DNA of 64,000 nucleotides from Dictyostelium discoideum (lineage: Eukaryota). Below are positions 47,929 to 60,402 of the stretch, piece by piece. Both the position numbers and the translations under genes were made by a program. The stretch spans positions 2,848,001-2,912,000 of the forward strand of contig CM000152.2 in assembly GCA_000004695.1 (NCBI GenBank), read 5' to 3'. The notes below the pieces were generated by a model that saw only the letters and a program-made list of their open reading frames with translations, searched no databases and was not told where the DNA came from. The first letter of the stretch is position 1; each line of letters starts with the position of its first letter.

Positions 47929-49515
47929 TTAATATAAATAAAATTCATATTTCTTTTTAAATATTTTATTAAACATTTTCCAAATTAAATCTTGATCAAC
48001 AATTTTTAATTTACCAATTAATGGAAAAAAGAATCTAAAATCATTTAGTTGATAATGAGTATCAAGAATCCAAATTGATTCTAATGATGGTGGTAAAGAA
48101 TTAATTGAAATTGGAGTTTCATTATTTAAAACTATAATATATTTTAAAGAGATTGGTAACCATTTCATATGAATTGGTTGTTTAAATGCACAACCTAATT
48201 CTAAAAGTTCTAATGATGGTGGTAATGTATCGAATTTAATTGTTGAATTATAATTACCAATTCTTAGACACTTTAATTTTGTAAAAACTTTAAAATCTTT
48301 AACTGGTTTAGAATAGAAATTATAATCAAATTCATTTAAATTTAAATTTATTAAATCAGAAAGACAAGATTTTGAATGGTAGTCTAATTTGTAATTATTT
48401 TCAATAATATTTACTTTAATAGATTTAATTTTTTCAAATTTATCTAATAATAATTTAGAAGTTTCTTTATATAACCAATATTTTAATAGATTTGATTTTG
48501 TTAAATTTAAATTTATTGAACTAAATTGTGATGATAAATAATAACCTTGAAGTGAATCTTGAAATGTATTAAAAAATATCGTTACATTTTTAACTGATGA
48601 TGGTATAATTTTTGAATTTAATTTTAAAATTTTTAATATTTCATCATTTGATGATAAATTACCATTTTTATTATAAACTTTTAATTTTAAATATTTTGAT
48701 TTTTCATTATATTTGTTTTTAATATTATCATTATCATTATCATTTATTTGAACACCAAAATTTGAAATTTTAAGGTTTTTAAGTTTTTTTGGTAAAATAC
48801 CTTTAATTAAAGAAATATTAAATTTACTTGGTAATGATAATTTCTTTAATGTCCATGGTAGTTTATTTGAATTAATTAATTTATTAAAAAGTGAATTTGA
48901 GGGAAATTTAATTTCTTTAATTAATTGAGGTAAATTATCTAATGATTTATCAAAAAAGTAACCAAATATAATAGTTTTTAAATATTTTGGTAAAACATTC
49001 TCATTTAATTCTTGATTAAAATATTTCCCAAATTTTAACTTTTTCAATGTATTTGGTAAAATGTTTACATCAATTTTTTGATTAAAATTTGAACCAAACT
49101 CTAATATTGTTAAATTTGAAAATACTCTATTTGAACCAACCTCTAATGGTATATTAAAATTAAATGGAATTATTAATTTATAAAGTGATTTTGGTAATTC
49201 TAAATTTGATAAACTATAATTAATAAAATTTGTTTGATATAATATTATTGATTCAATATCTTTTGGTAAATCATTTAATTTTTCACCAATTTCATATATT
49301 TCATATTGTTTTGCATCTTTTTGAATATCATCAACTTTTACAAATAATGATTTAACATATTGTATATTATTTTTTATGAATGGTTGTAAAGATGAATCTA
49401 AATCAACTGGAAATGAAACTAAATTATACATCATTAAATGTTTGAAAATTAATTTATTTAATACAACATTTCTCCATATTTTAAAAAATAAAATAGAGTT
49501 ATCATTATTATTCAT
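47929..49515 (-). CDS. FNIP-repeat-containing protein (~529 aa)
   Basis: Many repeats of the Dictyostelium FNIP type (..LP.sLk.L.FG..FNQ.i..n.LP..Lk.L.F). The N-terminus LFFKIWRNVVLNKLIFKHL is typical of this family. The ATG at forward 49513-49515 is preferred over the TTG start in the track. Confidence 0.75.
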   Translation of the reverse strand: MNNNDNSILFFKIWRNVVLNKLIFKHLMMYNLVSFPVDLDSSLQPFIKNNIQYVKSLFVKVDDIQKDAKQYEIYEIGEKLNDLPKDIESIILYQTNFINYSLSNLELPKSLYKLIIPFNFNIPLEVGSNRVFSNLTILEFGSNFNQKIDVNILPNTLKKLKFGKYFNQELNENVLPKYLKTIIFGYFFDKSLDNLPQLIKEIKFPSNSLFNKLINSNKLPWTLKKLSLPSKFNISLIKGILPKKLKNLKISNFGVQINDNDNDNIKNKYNEKSKYLKLKVYNKNGNLSSNDEILKILKLNSKIIPSSVKNVTIFFNTFQDSLQGYYLSSQFSSINLNLTKSNLLKYWLYKETSKLLLDKFEKIKSIKVNIIENNYKLDYHSKSCLSDLINLNLNEFDYNFYSKPVKDFKVFTKLKCLRIGNYNSTIKFDTLPPSLELLELGCAFKQPIHMKWLPISLKYIIVLNNETPISINSLPPSLESIWILDTHYQLNDFRFFFPLIGKLKIVDQDLIWKMFNKIFKKKYEFYLY

Positions 49516-50411
49516 TTTGAGAATAATTTTTTTTTTTTTTCCCAATCTTGATAATAAGTTGTTTTTGTAACTGTTGTTGTAGTTTTTGTTTATTTTCTAT
49601 TATATTTTTTTTTTTTTTCTCTCTTTCCCTTGTTATTTGTTTTTGTTGGTAAAAATTGAAAAAAAGTGAGAAAAAGTGGTAAATCAAAATGCAAATTCTC
49701 TTAAATATTTCTAAAAAAAAAAAATCAAAAAAAAAAAAAAAAAAAGTCTTCAAAAATAACAAAAAATTTTTTTTATCGCAAAACAAATAGATATTTTTTT
49801 TTTACCACTTGATATTTTATTAGAATTTGATTAAATAATAATACTTGAAAATAAAAATAAAAATAAAATAAAATAAAAAAACAATATAACAAAAAACAAT
49901 TTTATAAACTTCTTTTTATTTTTGTTAATCATTTGGTTTTTTTTTTATTTACTAATTAATAATTAATGGTCATTCACTGTATAAAAATTTTTTTTCCTGA
50001 CTGTAACAAGTTATTTTTTCCAATAAGAAATTATTCAGTTTTTTTTTATTATTTTTAAAATTATATAAGTAATATATAATTTGTTGATAATTTTTATTTG
50101 AAAAATATATACAATCAAAATGGATAATAAATTACATGATGATTTAATGATAGGATATTTGAGCTAAATATAGAAAAAATTATTTTTTAATTGAGTATAT
50201 CATTTATGGAACCAAAATGAAAAAATTAAAAAATAACAAATGATCACATTCAATTTTTTTATATTTTACATCATTTAAGGTATTTGAGTGTTCTTTTTAT
50301 ACTAAATCCATATTAAAAATAAATAAAATTAAATCATAAAAAAAAAAAAAACATTCAAATTTACATTTTTATTTGTCAATCTTTTTTTTTTTTTTTTTTT
50401 TTTGGCATTTT

Positions 50412-50442
<31 letters not shown>

Positions 50443-50484
50443 CATTTTCATTTTCCAAAACACATATATAACTATTAAAAAAAA

Positions 50485-50545
50485 ATGTTATCAAAATTAG
50501 TTAAAGATCATCAAACACATCAAAATAAATTAAAAGAAGAGAATG
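50485..50545 (+). CDS. bloc1s1: BLOC-1 subunit 1 (BLOS1/GCN5L1) orthologue, exon 1
   Basis: [20 protein letters not shown] matches human BLOC1S1 MLSRLLKEHQAKQNERKELQ. GTAATT donor. Confidence 0.7.
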
Positions 50546-50715
50546 GTAATTATCAGATATTTTTTACAATAGTTTTAACATGTTAAAACAAAACAAGAAC
50601 ATTTCTAACTTTGATTTTTTTTTAAACATTGTAATACAATGAAATAAACAAATAAACAATAATTTATTATTACTATTATTATTATTTATTATTATTATTA
50701 TTAAAAATTTAAAAG

Positions 50716-51062
50716 AGGTATTAAAAAAAGAAGCAATAGCATCAATGGGTGTTGTAACTAATGGATTAATAGATTCAGTTAATACAGGTGTTGCATGTAT
50801 ATTTGCAAATCAAAAGAAATTAGAAACAGAGGCAAGATTATTACAAGCCAATACAGCAAAATTCTCAAAACAAACAAATCAATGGATTCATTTAATTGAA
50901 AACTTTAATAATTCATTAAAAGAAATTGGTGATGTTGAAAATTGGTCAAAAAAGATCGAAAGTGATATGCATAATATCTCTGATATCATAGAATTTTTAT
51001 ATATAAACTCAAATCCAATTCAACAACAACCACAACAACAACCACAACAACAACAACAATAA
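50716..51062 (+). CDS. bloc1s1: BLOC-1 subunit 1 orthologue, exon 2
   Basis: AAAAG acceptor. ..[80 protein letters not shown] is collinear with human BLOC1S1 (..[48 protein letters not shown]). A short poly-Q tail follows. Confidence 0.85.
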
Positions 51063-51121
51063 AATGACAATTTGTAATATATTTTTATTGCCTTTTTTTT
51101 TTTATTCAATTTTATTAAATT

Positions 51122-52185
51122 TTATTTATAATTTGAAGTAGTATTAGAAGTGTTAGTTTCACAATCAATATTAAATTTTAACCAATGATTTCTTTCAAAG
51201 AATTCTAAAAGTCTATGAATTTTAACTTGATTTAATTTAATTAGTTTAAAAGCGGTTGATAATTTAATTACACCTTGAGTTTTTAAAGATTCAGAGATTA
51301 ATGCTTGTTTGACAATTAGGTATTGTTGTGGTAAAAGTTTATGAGTTGTACAAATTTGTTTCTCTTTTAATGAGAGTGCATCAGCATTTGGTAAACCTTC
51401 CAATTCCATTTTAGCATTCTTTTTCAATTTACTTGAATGATGTTTCCTATTCTCACCAATACCTAAATAAATATCTTCTTTTTCTTTAGTTAATTGTTTT
51501 TGAGTTTTAAATGATGGATCACCACCACCACCACCACCTCCACCACTACCACCACTTAATCCACTACTACTACCACCTAAATAATGATGACCAAATGGAT
51601 TATGATTTGGATTGTATGAACTTAATCCACTATTTAAACTATATGATGCCAATTCAGATTTGGAACGTTTCATAGATTTATCAACTTCACGTTTTCTTTT
51701 ATCTTCATCAAAATTTTGACCATCTGCCAATGTTTTAATACCATTTTCACGATACTCTTGTAATTGTAGAATTCTATTCTTTATATTCTTTTCATTTATT
51801 AATCCATTTATCATTGATTCATGCTCTTCTTTGGTAACTGTTTGAAGGAAACATTTCAATGAATTTAATATCTCTTTATCATCTTTGTATCGTTTTCTCT
51901 CTACTTTTCTATAATCTAATAAACCTTTCTCAACAATGAAATTCCTTCTTCTAATACGTTCATCCAATCTTTGATCATAGGATTCTAATACATTCAATTT
52001 AATATCTCTATCTGCTTGACTATCGTCAGGTTCAAATGTTAAATCCTTTACAACCAACTCTGCTTCATTATCATATTCTACTTCAAAATGTCCTCTATTC
52101 TTCATATATCCAACTGAATCTGTTACTGGTCCACTTGGTCCTTCTTCACCATGACTATTTCTATGATTTAATTTTTTACTTTTAT
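51122..52185 (-). CDS. ada2: transcriptional adaptor ADA2 orthologue, exon 2 (ADA2 middle region + SWIRM domain)
   Basis: TTTAG acceptor at forward 52186-52187. GYMKNRGHFEVEYDNEAE..LNVLESYDQRLDERIRRRNFIVEKGLL matches the conserved ADA2 block SGYMPLRGDFEVEYDNDAE..LRVL.IYN.RLDERKRRK.FI.ER.LL. The C-terminal part is SWIRM-like (LSLKEKQICTTHKLLPQQYLIVKQALISESLK..). Confidence 0.8.
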
Positions 52186-52447
52186 CTAAATTTTTTTAAA
52201 TAAAAAAATAAAAAAATAAAACAAAAAAAAAATAAAAACAAAAAAATAAAACAAAAAAATAAAATAATAAAAGAATAATTAAAAAAAAAAAAAGAAATTT
52301 ATTGTTATTATTTGTAATTTATTATTATTATTTTTTAATTATTTAAATTATTGATATTAATTTTTTATTTTTTTTTTTATTTAGAAAATTAAATAGGTTT
52401 CAAAAAACTAACACTATTGAATGACTTTGTTGGTGTTGTATTATTAC

Positions 52448-52970
52448 TATTATCGTTATAATTATTATTATTATTATTATTATCATCATCGTCACTATTA
52501 TCAATAATATAATCATTATAATAATTACCATTTACAGTTGTTTTTGCTCTTTTAAAGTGAACATTTTCATTTGTAGTTAAAACCTTTGATGTATCTGGTA
52601 AAGGTGAAGTTGAACTATTTAAATAATGAGCGAAATAATGTGCTTTACATTCTAAAGGTGATTTTGAATGTGCGCCTACATTCTCTGAAACTTCATTCCA
52701 ATTACCTAAACCATATAATTCAATTGCTTCTAAAAGTAATAATTCTTCATCAGCACCCCAATCATCAGTAAACATTGGGAAATGCATATTATCAACTACA
52801 TGATAATCATGAAAATTACGATGTGGTGTAATCTCTACACCAACACTAAAACATTCTAAACATAAATCGAAATCAGTACATACTGAACATCTTATACGTA
52901 CAACACCACTAATATCCTTTTGACAATAATCACAATGATATAATCCTTCATTCACTTGTTCCTCTATAAA

Positions 52971-53005
<35 letters not shown>

Positions 53006-53591
53006 TACTGTTAGTTGGTGAATTGGTTGACTTCCTTGTTTGTTTTGTCATTGAGGTAGGTGATGTTGTTGTGGCTGTAGCTGTATTTGAATTTGTATTT
53101 GTAGCTGTGTTTGTATTTGTACTTGTATTTGTATTTGTTGTGATAGTATTTGATTGAGTTGGTTTATTTATTGGTTGTGGTTGTGGTGGTTGTTGTGTTT
53201 TTGGTTGTTCTATTTTAACATTTGGTTTTGTTGTATTATTAGTGGTGGTAGTAGTGGTAGTAGTTGGTAATGTAGTATTGTTCGATGTTGTTGTAGTTGT
53301 TGTTGTTGTTGTTGGTACATTAGTAGTATTTGTAGCAGTAGTAGTAGTAGTATTTTTTGTTTTATCATCCTCTTCATTATCTTCTTCATCATCATCTACA
53401 CTATTAAAACTTTTATTTACAAGATCATCAACTTCACTTTGTGTTGGTGGTATTATTTGTGTTTGTCTTTTACTTTTTGATATTTTCATACCTTCTTCTT
53501 CTTCTTCTTCATCTTCTTCATCATCATCCTCTTCATCATCATCTTCTTCGAATGAATTGTTTGTATTGTTATTACCATTACCATTACCATT

Positions 53592-53645
<54 letters not shown>

Positions 53646-53861
53646 TGAGATTACAACATCACCATCATCATCTTCATCATCATTATCATCTTCCTCTTCA
53701 TCATCTCCTACAAAATCTTTATCATTATCATATGATTTCTTAATTCTTTTCTTTTTAGATGGTGTTGATTTATTACTACTATTATTACTCATTGTTGTTG
53801 ATCTACTATTCCTTCTTTTGGTAATTAATAAGTCTTCTTCATCGTCATCTTCTTCATTATT

Positions 53862-53900
<39 letters not shown>

Positions 53901-54089
53901 GGTTTTGTTTGTATTATTTCCATTTGTATTTACATTATTATTTTCATCATCTGTATTATTAATATTATCATTTGATACATTTTGCATTTCAATGTCATCA
54001 TCATTATCATCGTCATCATCAACATGTTCTTTTCTCCTTTTTTTATTTACAAGTGTTGTAGGTTCTTCTTTATTTATTGTTGAAGTCAT
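52448..54089 (-). CDS. ada2: ADA2 orthologue, exon 1 (long low-complexity N-terminus, ZZ zinc finger, SANT/Myb domain)
   Basis: ZZ finger YHCDYCQKDISGVVRIRCSVCTDFDLCLECFSVGVEITPHRNFHDYHV. SANT domain WGADEELLLLEAIELYGLGNWNEVSENVGAHSKSPLECKAHYFAHYL. The proposed GTAATA donor (forward 52446-52447) gives phase 1, matching exon 2. The donor choice is tentative. Confidence 0.75.
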
Positions 54090-54756
54090 TGTTTAAAAAT
54101 ACATTTAAATGGTATCGTTTGGGTGCACTCTAAAAAAAAAAAAATAAAAAATAAAAACAAAAAAAAAATAAAAATTAAAAAAAAAAAAAAAAAAAAAAAA
54201 TTAAAAAAAAAATGGAAAAATATGAAAAGTTATATATTTGGAAATTTGGGCGCCTAAATTAAAAATCAAAGTACCTCATTTCATTACATTAAATTTTATT
54301 GTTAAATTTTTATTTTATTTTAATTTTTAATTCATTTTATTATTTTTTTAAAAATTTCTTTTTTTGTTTTGTAAACAAAATAAAATGCACAAAAATAATA
54401 AAATGAAATTCTAATAATTTTTATTTTTTCATTTATTATTATAATTATTTATCTTCTTTTTAGAAATTTCTTTGCTACTGTAGAGTTTTTTTTTTTTTTT
54501 GTTTTTTTTTCTTTTTTCAACATACTTGAAATCAAACATTCGCTCTAAAACCAGAAAATAAAAAAAAAAAATAAAAAATAAAAAAAAAAAAAAAAAATTG
54601 AAAAAAAAAAAAAAAAAAAAACTCTAATATTAAAACCCAATAAAAAAAAAAAAAAAAAAAATCTTGTTTGGCTCATTCATTCATTCATTCACACAAATAT
54701 ATATTTTTTTAATAAAATAAATAAATAATAAATAATAAATAAATAATAAATAATAA

Positions 54757-55032
54757 ATGTCTTCTTCAGATGATACATCATCAGATTATGATGATTATGA
54801 TGATTATGAATTAGATGAAGATGATACAGAGAAAGAACCATCAAAATGGAATAATGTTCGAGATGGTTGGCAAGAATTTTTAGAAGATGAAACAGCATTC
54901 TTTGTTTCTCAAGAGGATCAAAGTAAACAAAGTGGTGATATTCAAATTGATGATTCAAATAAATTTTATGATCCATTAGGTATTTTAAAATTACCACCTA
55001 GAAAAGCTGCAAGTGTTAAAAGTAAATATAGT
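54757..55032 (+). CDS. exocyst complex component 2 (Sec5)-like gene, exon 1
   Basis: [43 protein letters not shown], then GTAAAT donor. Confidence 0.5.
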
Positions 55033-55094
55033 TTTAATTATTTATACATATATATATATAAATTCAAATCATATTAAATAGTATATAATTTTCT

Positions 55095-55121
<27 letters not shown>

Positions 55122-55125
<4 letters not shown>

Positions 55126-55378
55126 ATTATTATCACTTGAATCAGAATCATTTAGTCCAGTTACATTTTTATCAGAGATTCATTCACAAACAAATTTTAC
55201 AGAGTTATCAATTGGTGTTAAAAAATTAAAAGAAGAATCAACATCAAAAGCAAAAGAAATTAAATACCTTGTAAAAGAGAATTTCGAACATTTTGTAAAA
55301 TGTAAAGATACTGTTGATGAAGTTTATAATTTAATTTCAAATTCAAAAATGTTAGAAGATATGAGTGGTTCGTTTATA
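55122..55378 (+). CDS. Sec5-like gene, exon 2
   Basis: AAAAG acceptor. [58 protein letters not shown] resembles the exocyst Sec5/EXOC2 N-terminal conserved block (F.P..FL...H..T.F.EL..G...L......LV.ENFDRFV.CKDTID). GTAAGT donor. Confidence 0.55.
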
Positions 55379-55414
55379 AGTAAGTTAATTAATAATTTTA
55401 ATTATTTAATTAAA

Positions 55415-55453
<39 letters not shown>

Positions 55454-55455
<2 letters not shown>

Positions 55456-55906
55456 ATTATAAATAAATCATCAACAGTTTATGATCCTTTATTAAGTAAT
55501 AAAAAAAAAGCTGATGAAATTAGAAAAGTTTTAACATTATTAAATAAATATAAGGTAATTTTTAAATTACCAGGTAAAATACAAGAGAATATTAAACAAA
55601 ATGAATATGAAAAAGCTGTACACAATTATAAGAATGCAAAAACCTTAATTACATCAAGTCAAAAGAAAGAATTTCAAAAGATTCTATTAGATATTGAAAA
55701 GATTGCAGAAGATTTTAGAATTCAATTATTTCATGCATTGGCTGATCCTTCAACTAAACTTGAACAATTAAAGAAATCAATTAAAACTTTAATGGAAATT
55801 GGTAATGGTAAAGGTGATTTCTCTCAAATTGGTGATCCATGTTGGTACTTTTTATCAACACGTTATAATGCAATAACATTATTAATTAAACAATGTTCTG
55901 AAGATA
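55454..55906 (+). CDS. Sec5-like gene, exon 3
   Basis: TTTTAG acceptor. The frame is open straight into the start of the listed ORF 55738... A possible 66-nt intron (55907-55972, GTAAGT...TTTTAG) is in frame and could also be read through. Confidence 0.5.
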
Positions 55907-55972
55907 GTAAGTTTAAATTAATTAATTTATTAATAAATAATATATATATTAATATTTTTTTTTTTTTTTTAG

Positions 55973-58284
55973 ATACATTACCAAATTATAAAATTATTAG
56001 AAAATTATCAATATTATTATTATCAAATGTACCAAATTTATTTAAGATGGGAGTTTATTATATTGAAGGTAAATTTGAAGATAATAAAGAATATTTAAGA
56101 TATAAACAACAACAACAAATTCAATTACAACAACAACAACAATTGATACAACAACAACAACAATTACAACAACAGCAACAACAACAACAGTCTGGTAAAA
56201 CAAAAGATTCAAAATCTGTAAATGTTGTAGTTTATTATTTAGATGAAACTTTCTCAAGTTATAGAATGGATCAAGAGAAAAAAGTTAAAGATTTAATTGA
56301 ACTTTGTAGAAAAAGATTCATTGAAGAGGAAGATGACGAGTTTTGTCTATACAAATTATCGGAAAAGAAAATTAAATCTGAAGATAAATCAACCACAACT
56401 ACAAATATAAAATTATTAGAGTTGTCACATGATGAATCACCCTTTAAATTACAAAAGAAATGGGCTGATAAAAATAGTAGTACTAAAAATCATAGATTCC
56501 TATTCAAAAGAAAGAATGAAGAATTCACAGTAAACAATTCAAAAGCAGGTAATGGTACATCGATCTATGATAAAGAAGCAAATATCACTCAAATCGATTT
56601 GAATGCATCTTATAAAACTCATAAAAAACAAAATTCTGCTGCAACCTCTGCAATGAATGAAGAGAAATTTAAACAATTGATTATAAACATTATGGAATTA
56701 TATTCATCAAAAGTTGAACAATTATTTTTCGATCAAAATCAAGAAGATTTCCCTGAAGATAGCGATGATGAAGAAGAGAATTTATTTGATCAAATTATTA
56801 GTACAACATCAGTAAATGAAGATGGTAATCATCATCATGGTGGTGGTGGTGGTGGTGGTGGTGGCGGTGGTGATACAATTAATTCATCAGATTTATCAAT
56901 TCATATGGTTGAAAATGTTAATGAAGTTATTAAATGCCAAGAAATGTTACAAGGTATTGGTATGCCAGAACTTTATTTATCATCAATTAATTCATTGACA
57001 GAATCATTGATTCTTCATTTCATTAGACAAATTTGTTCTGAAATGGTTGCAGAAGTTTCATTTCTTTATCTATTAGAAGATTGGACAATTAATGAATCAA
57101 GTGAAGATGCATTAGCAAGTGGTAATCAAGTCGATGGTATGATTACAACTCGTTTAATGGGTGAATTTGTTAATACAATCAAAGTTAATTTAGCAAAACT
57201 TTCATTCCTTAGTAATAAACCAATGTTATTACCATCGGTTGAATCTGCACTTTGTGAAGCAATCGAAAGTTTTGGTGATTGTTTACATCATTTAGCTTTC
57301 AATAATGAATCAATTCAATCAACCATTGAAGATAGTTTAAATCAAATGAGTAATGATGAAAAAGCTGAAAATGAATTAAATGGTATAATACCAAAAATTG
57401 ATATTTCTTCACCACAACAACAACAACAACAAACTCAAAATCAAAGTCAACAAGGTCAAGTTCAACAAGGAGAGAATCAACAACAACAAACATCATCATA
57501 TATGACAACTGAATTTAATTCATCAGAGAAATTATTATTAACACTTTCAAATTGTTCAACTGTTGTATCAAAAACAGCAGTACAATTACGTGGTTTTTAT
57601 GTTGGATTATTTCATCAACCAATGGGAAGTTATTTGAAAAAGGTAATTGAAAAACTTGGTGTATTGGAAAGATTGATTTTAGAACGTTATGTAAATGAAA
57701 AGAATTTAATGATTGGTGAATTCATTACTCGTGGTGTTTTATTCTCTGGAAGTACTTGGTTGGTTAATAGTCAACCAACTAAAGTTAGTTCATTCATTTT
57801 AACAATTCTAACTAAAATGGTATTCATTCATCATGAAATCATGAAAACCATCAATAGTATCGATATTTCATTTGGTGTAATTCAACGTATTTTCGAATTT
57901 CTTTTAATTTCATTACGTCATAATTTCAGTTTAGTAGATCCATTATTCATTTCAAATGAAGGCAAATCTCAATTCCTTTTAGATATTTTATTCATTGAAA
58001 ATGTTTTAGAAAGCTATGGTAATGAAAAAACTGTAAAATTATCTTCTTTTATTCGTAAAGATTTATTATTTTTAAATCCAATTCAACAACAACAACAACA
58101 ACAACCAACTCAATCAATTTCTCATCAACATCAACAACAATCATCAACTTCAAGATTTTATTCAACTCTAAATTATGGTGGTGGTAGTGGTTTTAATATA
58201 AATGCTACAACTGCTAATTTAGATCCAATTTTAAAAAGGAATATCGAAAAAACTTCTTTATTATTTTCTTGTTTTAAAATTTAA
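55973..58284 (+). CDS. Sec5-like gene, terminal exon (rest of listed ORF 55738..58284)
   Basis: Long non-repetitive helical protein. It contains a (GGT)n Gly12 tract and short poly-Q tracts. Ends TAA 58282-58284. Confidence 0.65.
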
Positions 58285-59000
58285 TTTAAAAATATTTAAA
58301 TATAATAATAATAATAATTATATCTCAATATAAAATAAAATAAAATTAAAAAAATAAACCATGCCAAAAAAAAAAAAATTATTATAATAAACCCAGAATT
58401 TAAAATTTTAAAATTTTAATTAATTATTTAATTTAAACATAAAATTGATTAGATTAGATTTTTTTTTTTTTTGGCACCACCAGTGTTTTAAATTAATTCT
58501 TTTAAAAAAAAAAAAAAAACTTTAAAAAAAAAAAAACATCAAAATTTGGTGTTTAAAAAAAAAAAAATATGAAAATAAAATATCAAAAAAAAAAAAAAAA
58601 AAATAATTTTTTTCATTTTCATTATTTCCCCTTTTTACGTTTCTTTCATTTGTTATATTTATTAATTTTAGAATAATTCACCCATCTTTTGGGGTTTATA
58701 AAAATAAAAATAAAAATAAAAAAATAAAAACAAAAAATAAAAAAAAAAATAATAAAAAATAAAATAATTAAATAAATAAATTAAAATAATTAAAATTAAT
58801 ATTAATTAAAAATAATAATATACATATATAATTTAATTGTATTATAAAATAAAACATTACATATAAAATTTTAACAGTTAAAATAATAATAATAAAAAAA
58901 AAAAAAAAAAAATCTTACTACACTCACACACACACACATACAAATATTTACACTCACACACCGATCATTTATACATCACCTCATATAATTATATAGAAAA

Positions 59001-59177
59001 ATGTCGTCTTCACATACAATTCAAGAAACTAAAGAAGTACATACAAAAACCAATAAAAGAATTCAGTGGGATGATTTAGATCCAAAAAGGTATTATTTTT
59101 ATAATTTTTTATTAGGTGGTAGTATTGATCTACTTATGTTTCCATTAGATGTTATTAGAACTAGATTACAAGTACAA
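59001..59177 (+). CDS. mitochondrial carrier family (SLC25) protein, exon 1
   Basis: ..YYFYNFLLGGSIDLLMFPLDVIRTRLQVQ carries the carrier signature P-x-D-x-x-K/R-x-R. GTATGT donor. Confidence 0.75.
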
Positions 59178-59297
59178 GTATGTGTTTTTTAATTTTAAAA
59201 AAAATAAATAAAAATAAATTAAAAAATAAAATAATAATCTTATTAAAAAAAAAAAATAAAAAAAAAAATAAAAAAAAACACACACATACAAATAAAG

Positions 59298-59506
59298 GGA
59301 TCACAAAATGTAATACAATCATTTCCACAGTATAATGGAACATTTGATGGATTTAAAAAATTAATAAGATTAGAAGGTAAAAGAGCTTTATATAAAGGTT
59401 TTTTAACTTCTGAATGTGGTTATCTTTGTAGTCGTGCAATTTATTTTGGTTCATATGAATTTGTGAAACAAGGATTTTTAAAAGGAAGATCTGATTCTGA
59501 TTCTGA
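59298..59506 (+). CDS. mitochondrial carrier family protein, exon 2
   Basis: AAATAAAG acceptor. GTFDGFKKLIRLEGKRALYKGFLTSECGYLCSRAIYFGSYEF is the carrier odd-helix/G-rich motif. GTAAGT donor. Confidence 0.7.
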
Positions 59507-59600
59507 TCGTAAGTGTGTTTTTTTAAAAAAAAAATATTTTTTTATAAAGACATACTTATTATTTATTATTATTTTTTATTATTATTATTATTATTATTAT

Positions 59601-60247
59601 AGTATTATTTGTTACAACGATTTCAGGAGCAATTTCAGAAGCATTGGCATCTGTAATTTGGGTACCATTTGATGTTGCAACACAATCAGTACAAATTCAA
59701 GGATCATTAAGTAAACCAAAATATAAAGGTGGTTCAGATGTATTTAAAAAGATATATGGTGAAAGAGGAATTAAAGGATTATATAAAGGATTTGGCGCAA
59801 CTATAATTAGAAATGTACCATATTCTGGTATTTGGTGGGGTACTTATGAAATATCGAAATCGAAACTTACCCAATTTAACATTAGACAAAAGTTAGGTTT
59901 AAAAGAACGTTCATCTCATTCATTAGCAGTTTCAGCGGAAATTGATAAAAATAATCCATCACATGAGGTGGAGAATGAAGATCCAATCATTCATTTTATA
60001 TCTGGTTTCTTTGCTGCTGTATTTGCAACCTCAATTACTAATCCATTGGATGTAGCAAAAACTCGTTTACAAACTGGTGTTTTCCCTGAAAATGAAAAAC
60101 CAAATTTTTATACTATTATTAAAAGTACAATTAGAAAAGAAGGTATTAGAGCCCTATGGAAAGGTTTAGTACCATCTTTATTAACTTCAACTCCATATTC
60201 AATGATTTCAATTTTCCTTTATGAAGAAGTAAAAAAATTATCTTTAA

Positions 60248-60252
<5 letters not shown>
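59601..60252 (+). CDS. mitochondrial carrier family protein, exon 3
   Basis: TTATAG acceptor. A second and third carrier repeat (PFDVATQSVQIQ..GIKGLYKGFGATIIRNVPYSG ; PLDVAKTRLQTG..GIRALWKGLVPSLL). Ends TAA 60250-60252. Confidence 0.85.
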
Positions 60253-60284
<32 letters not shown>

Positions 60285-60402
60285 TTAAAAAAGTATATAT
60301 ATATATTTAATTTTTAATTTTTTATTTTTTTATTTAATTTAAAGAGTATTGGTATAATTAAATGTAATATTATTTGTTTGGTTTGGTTTTTTTTTTTTTT
60401 TT

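Noticed and set aside
53242-54096. 284-aa + strand ORF (poly-V/S/L)
   Set aside because: It is antisense to the low-complexity N-terminal part of ada2 exon 1, produced by GTT/AAC and GAT/ATC repeats.
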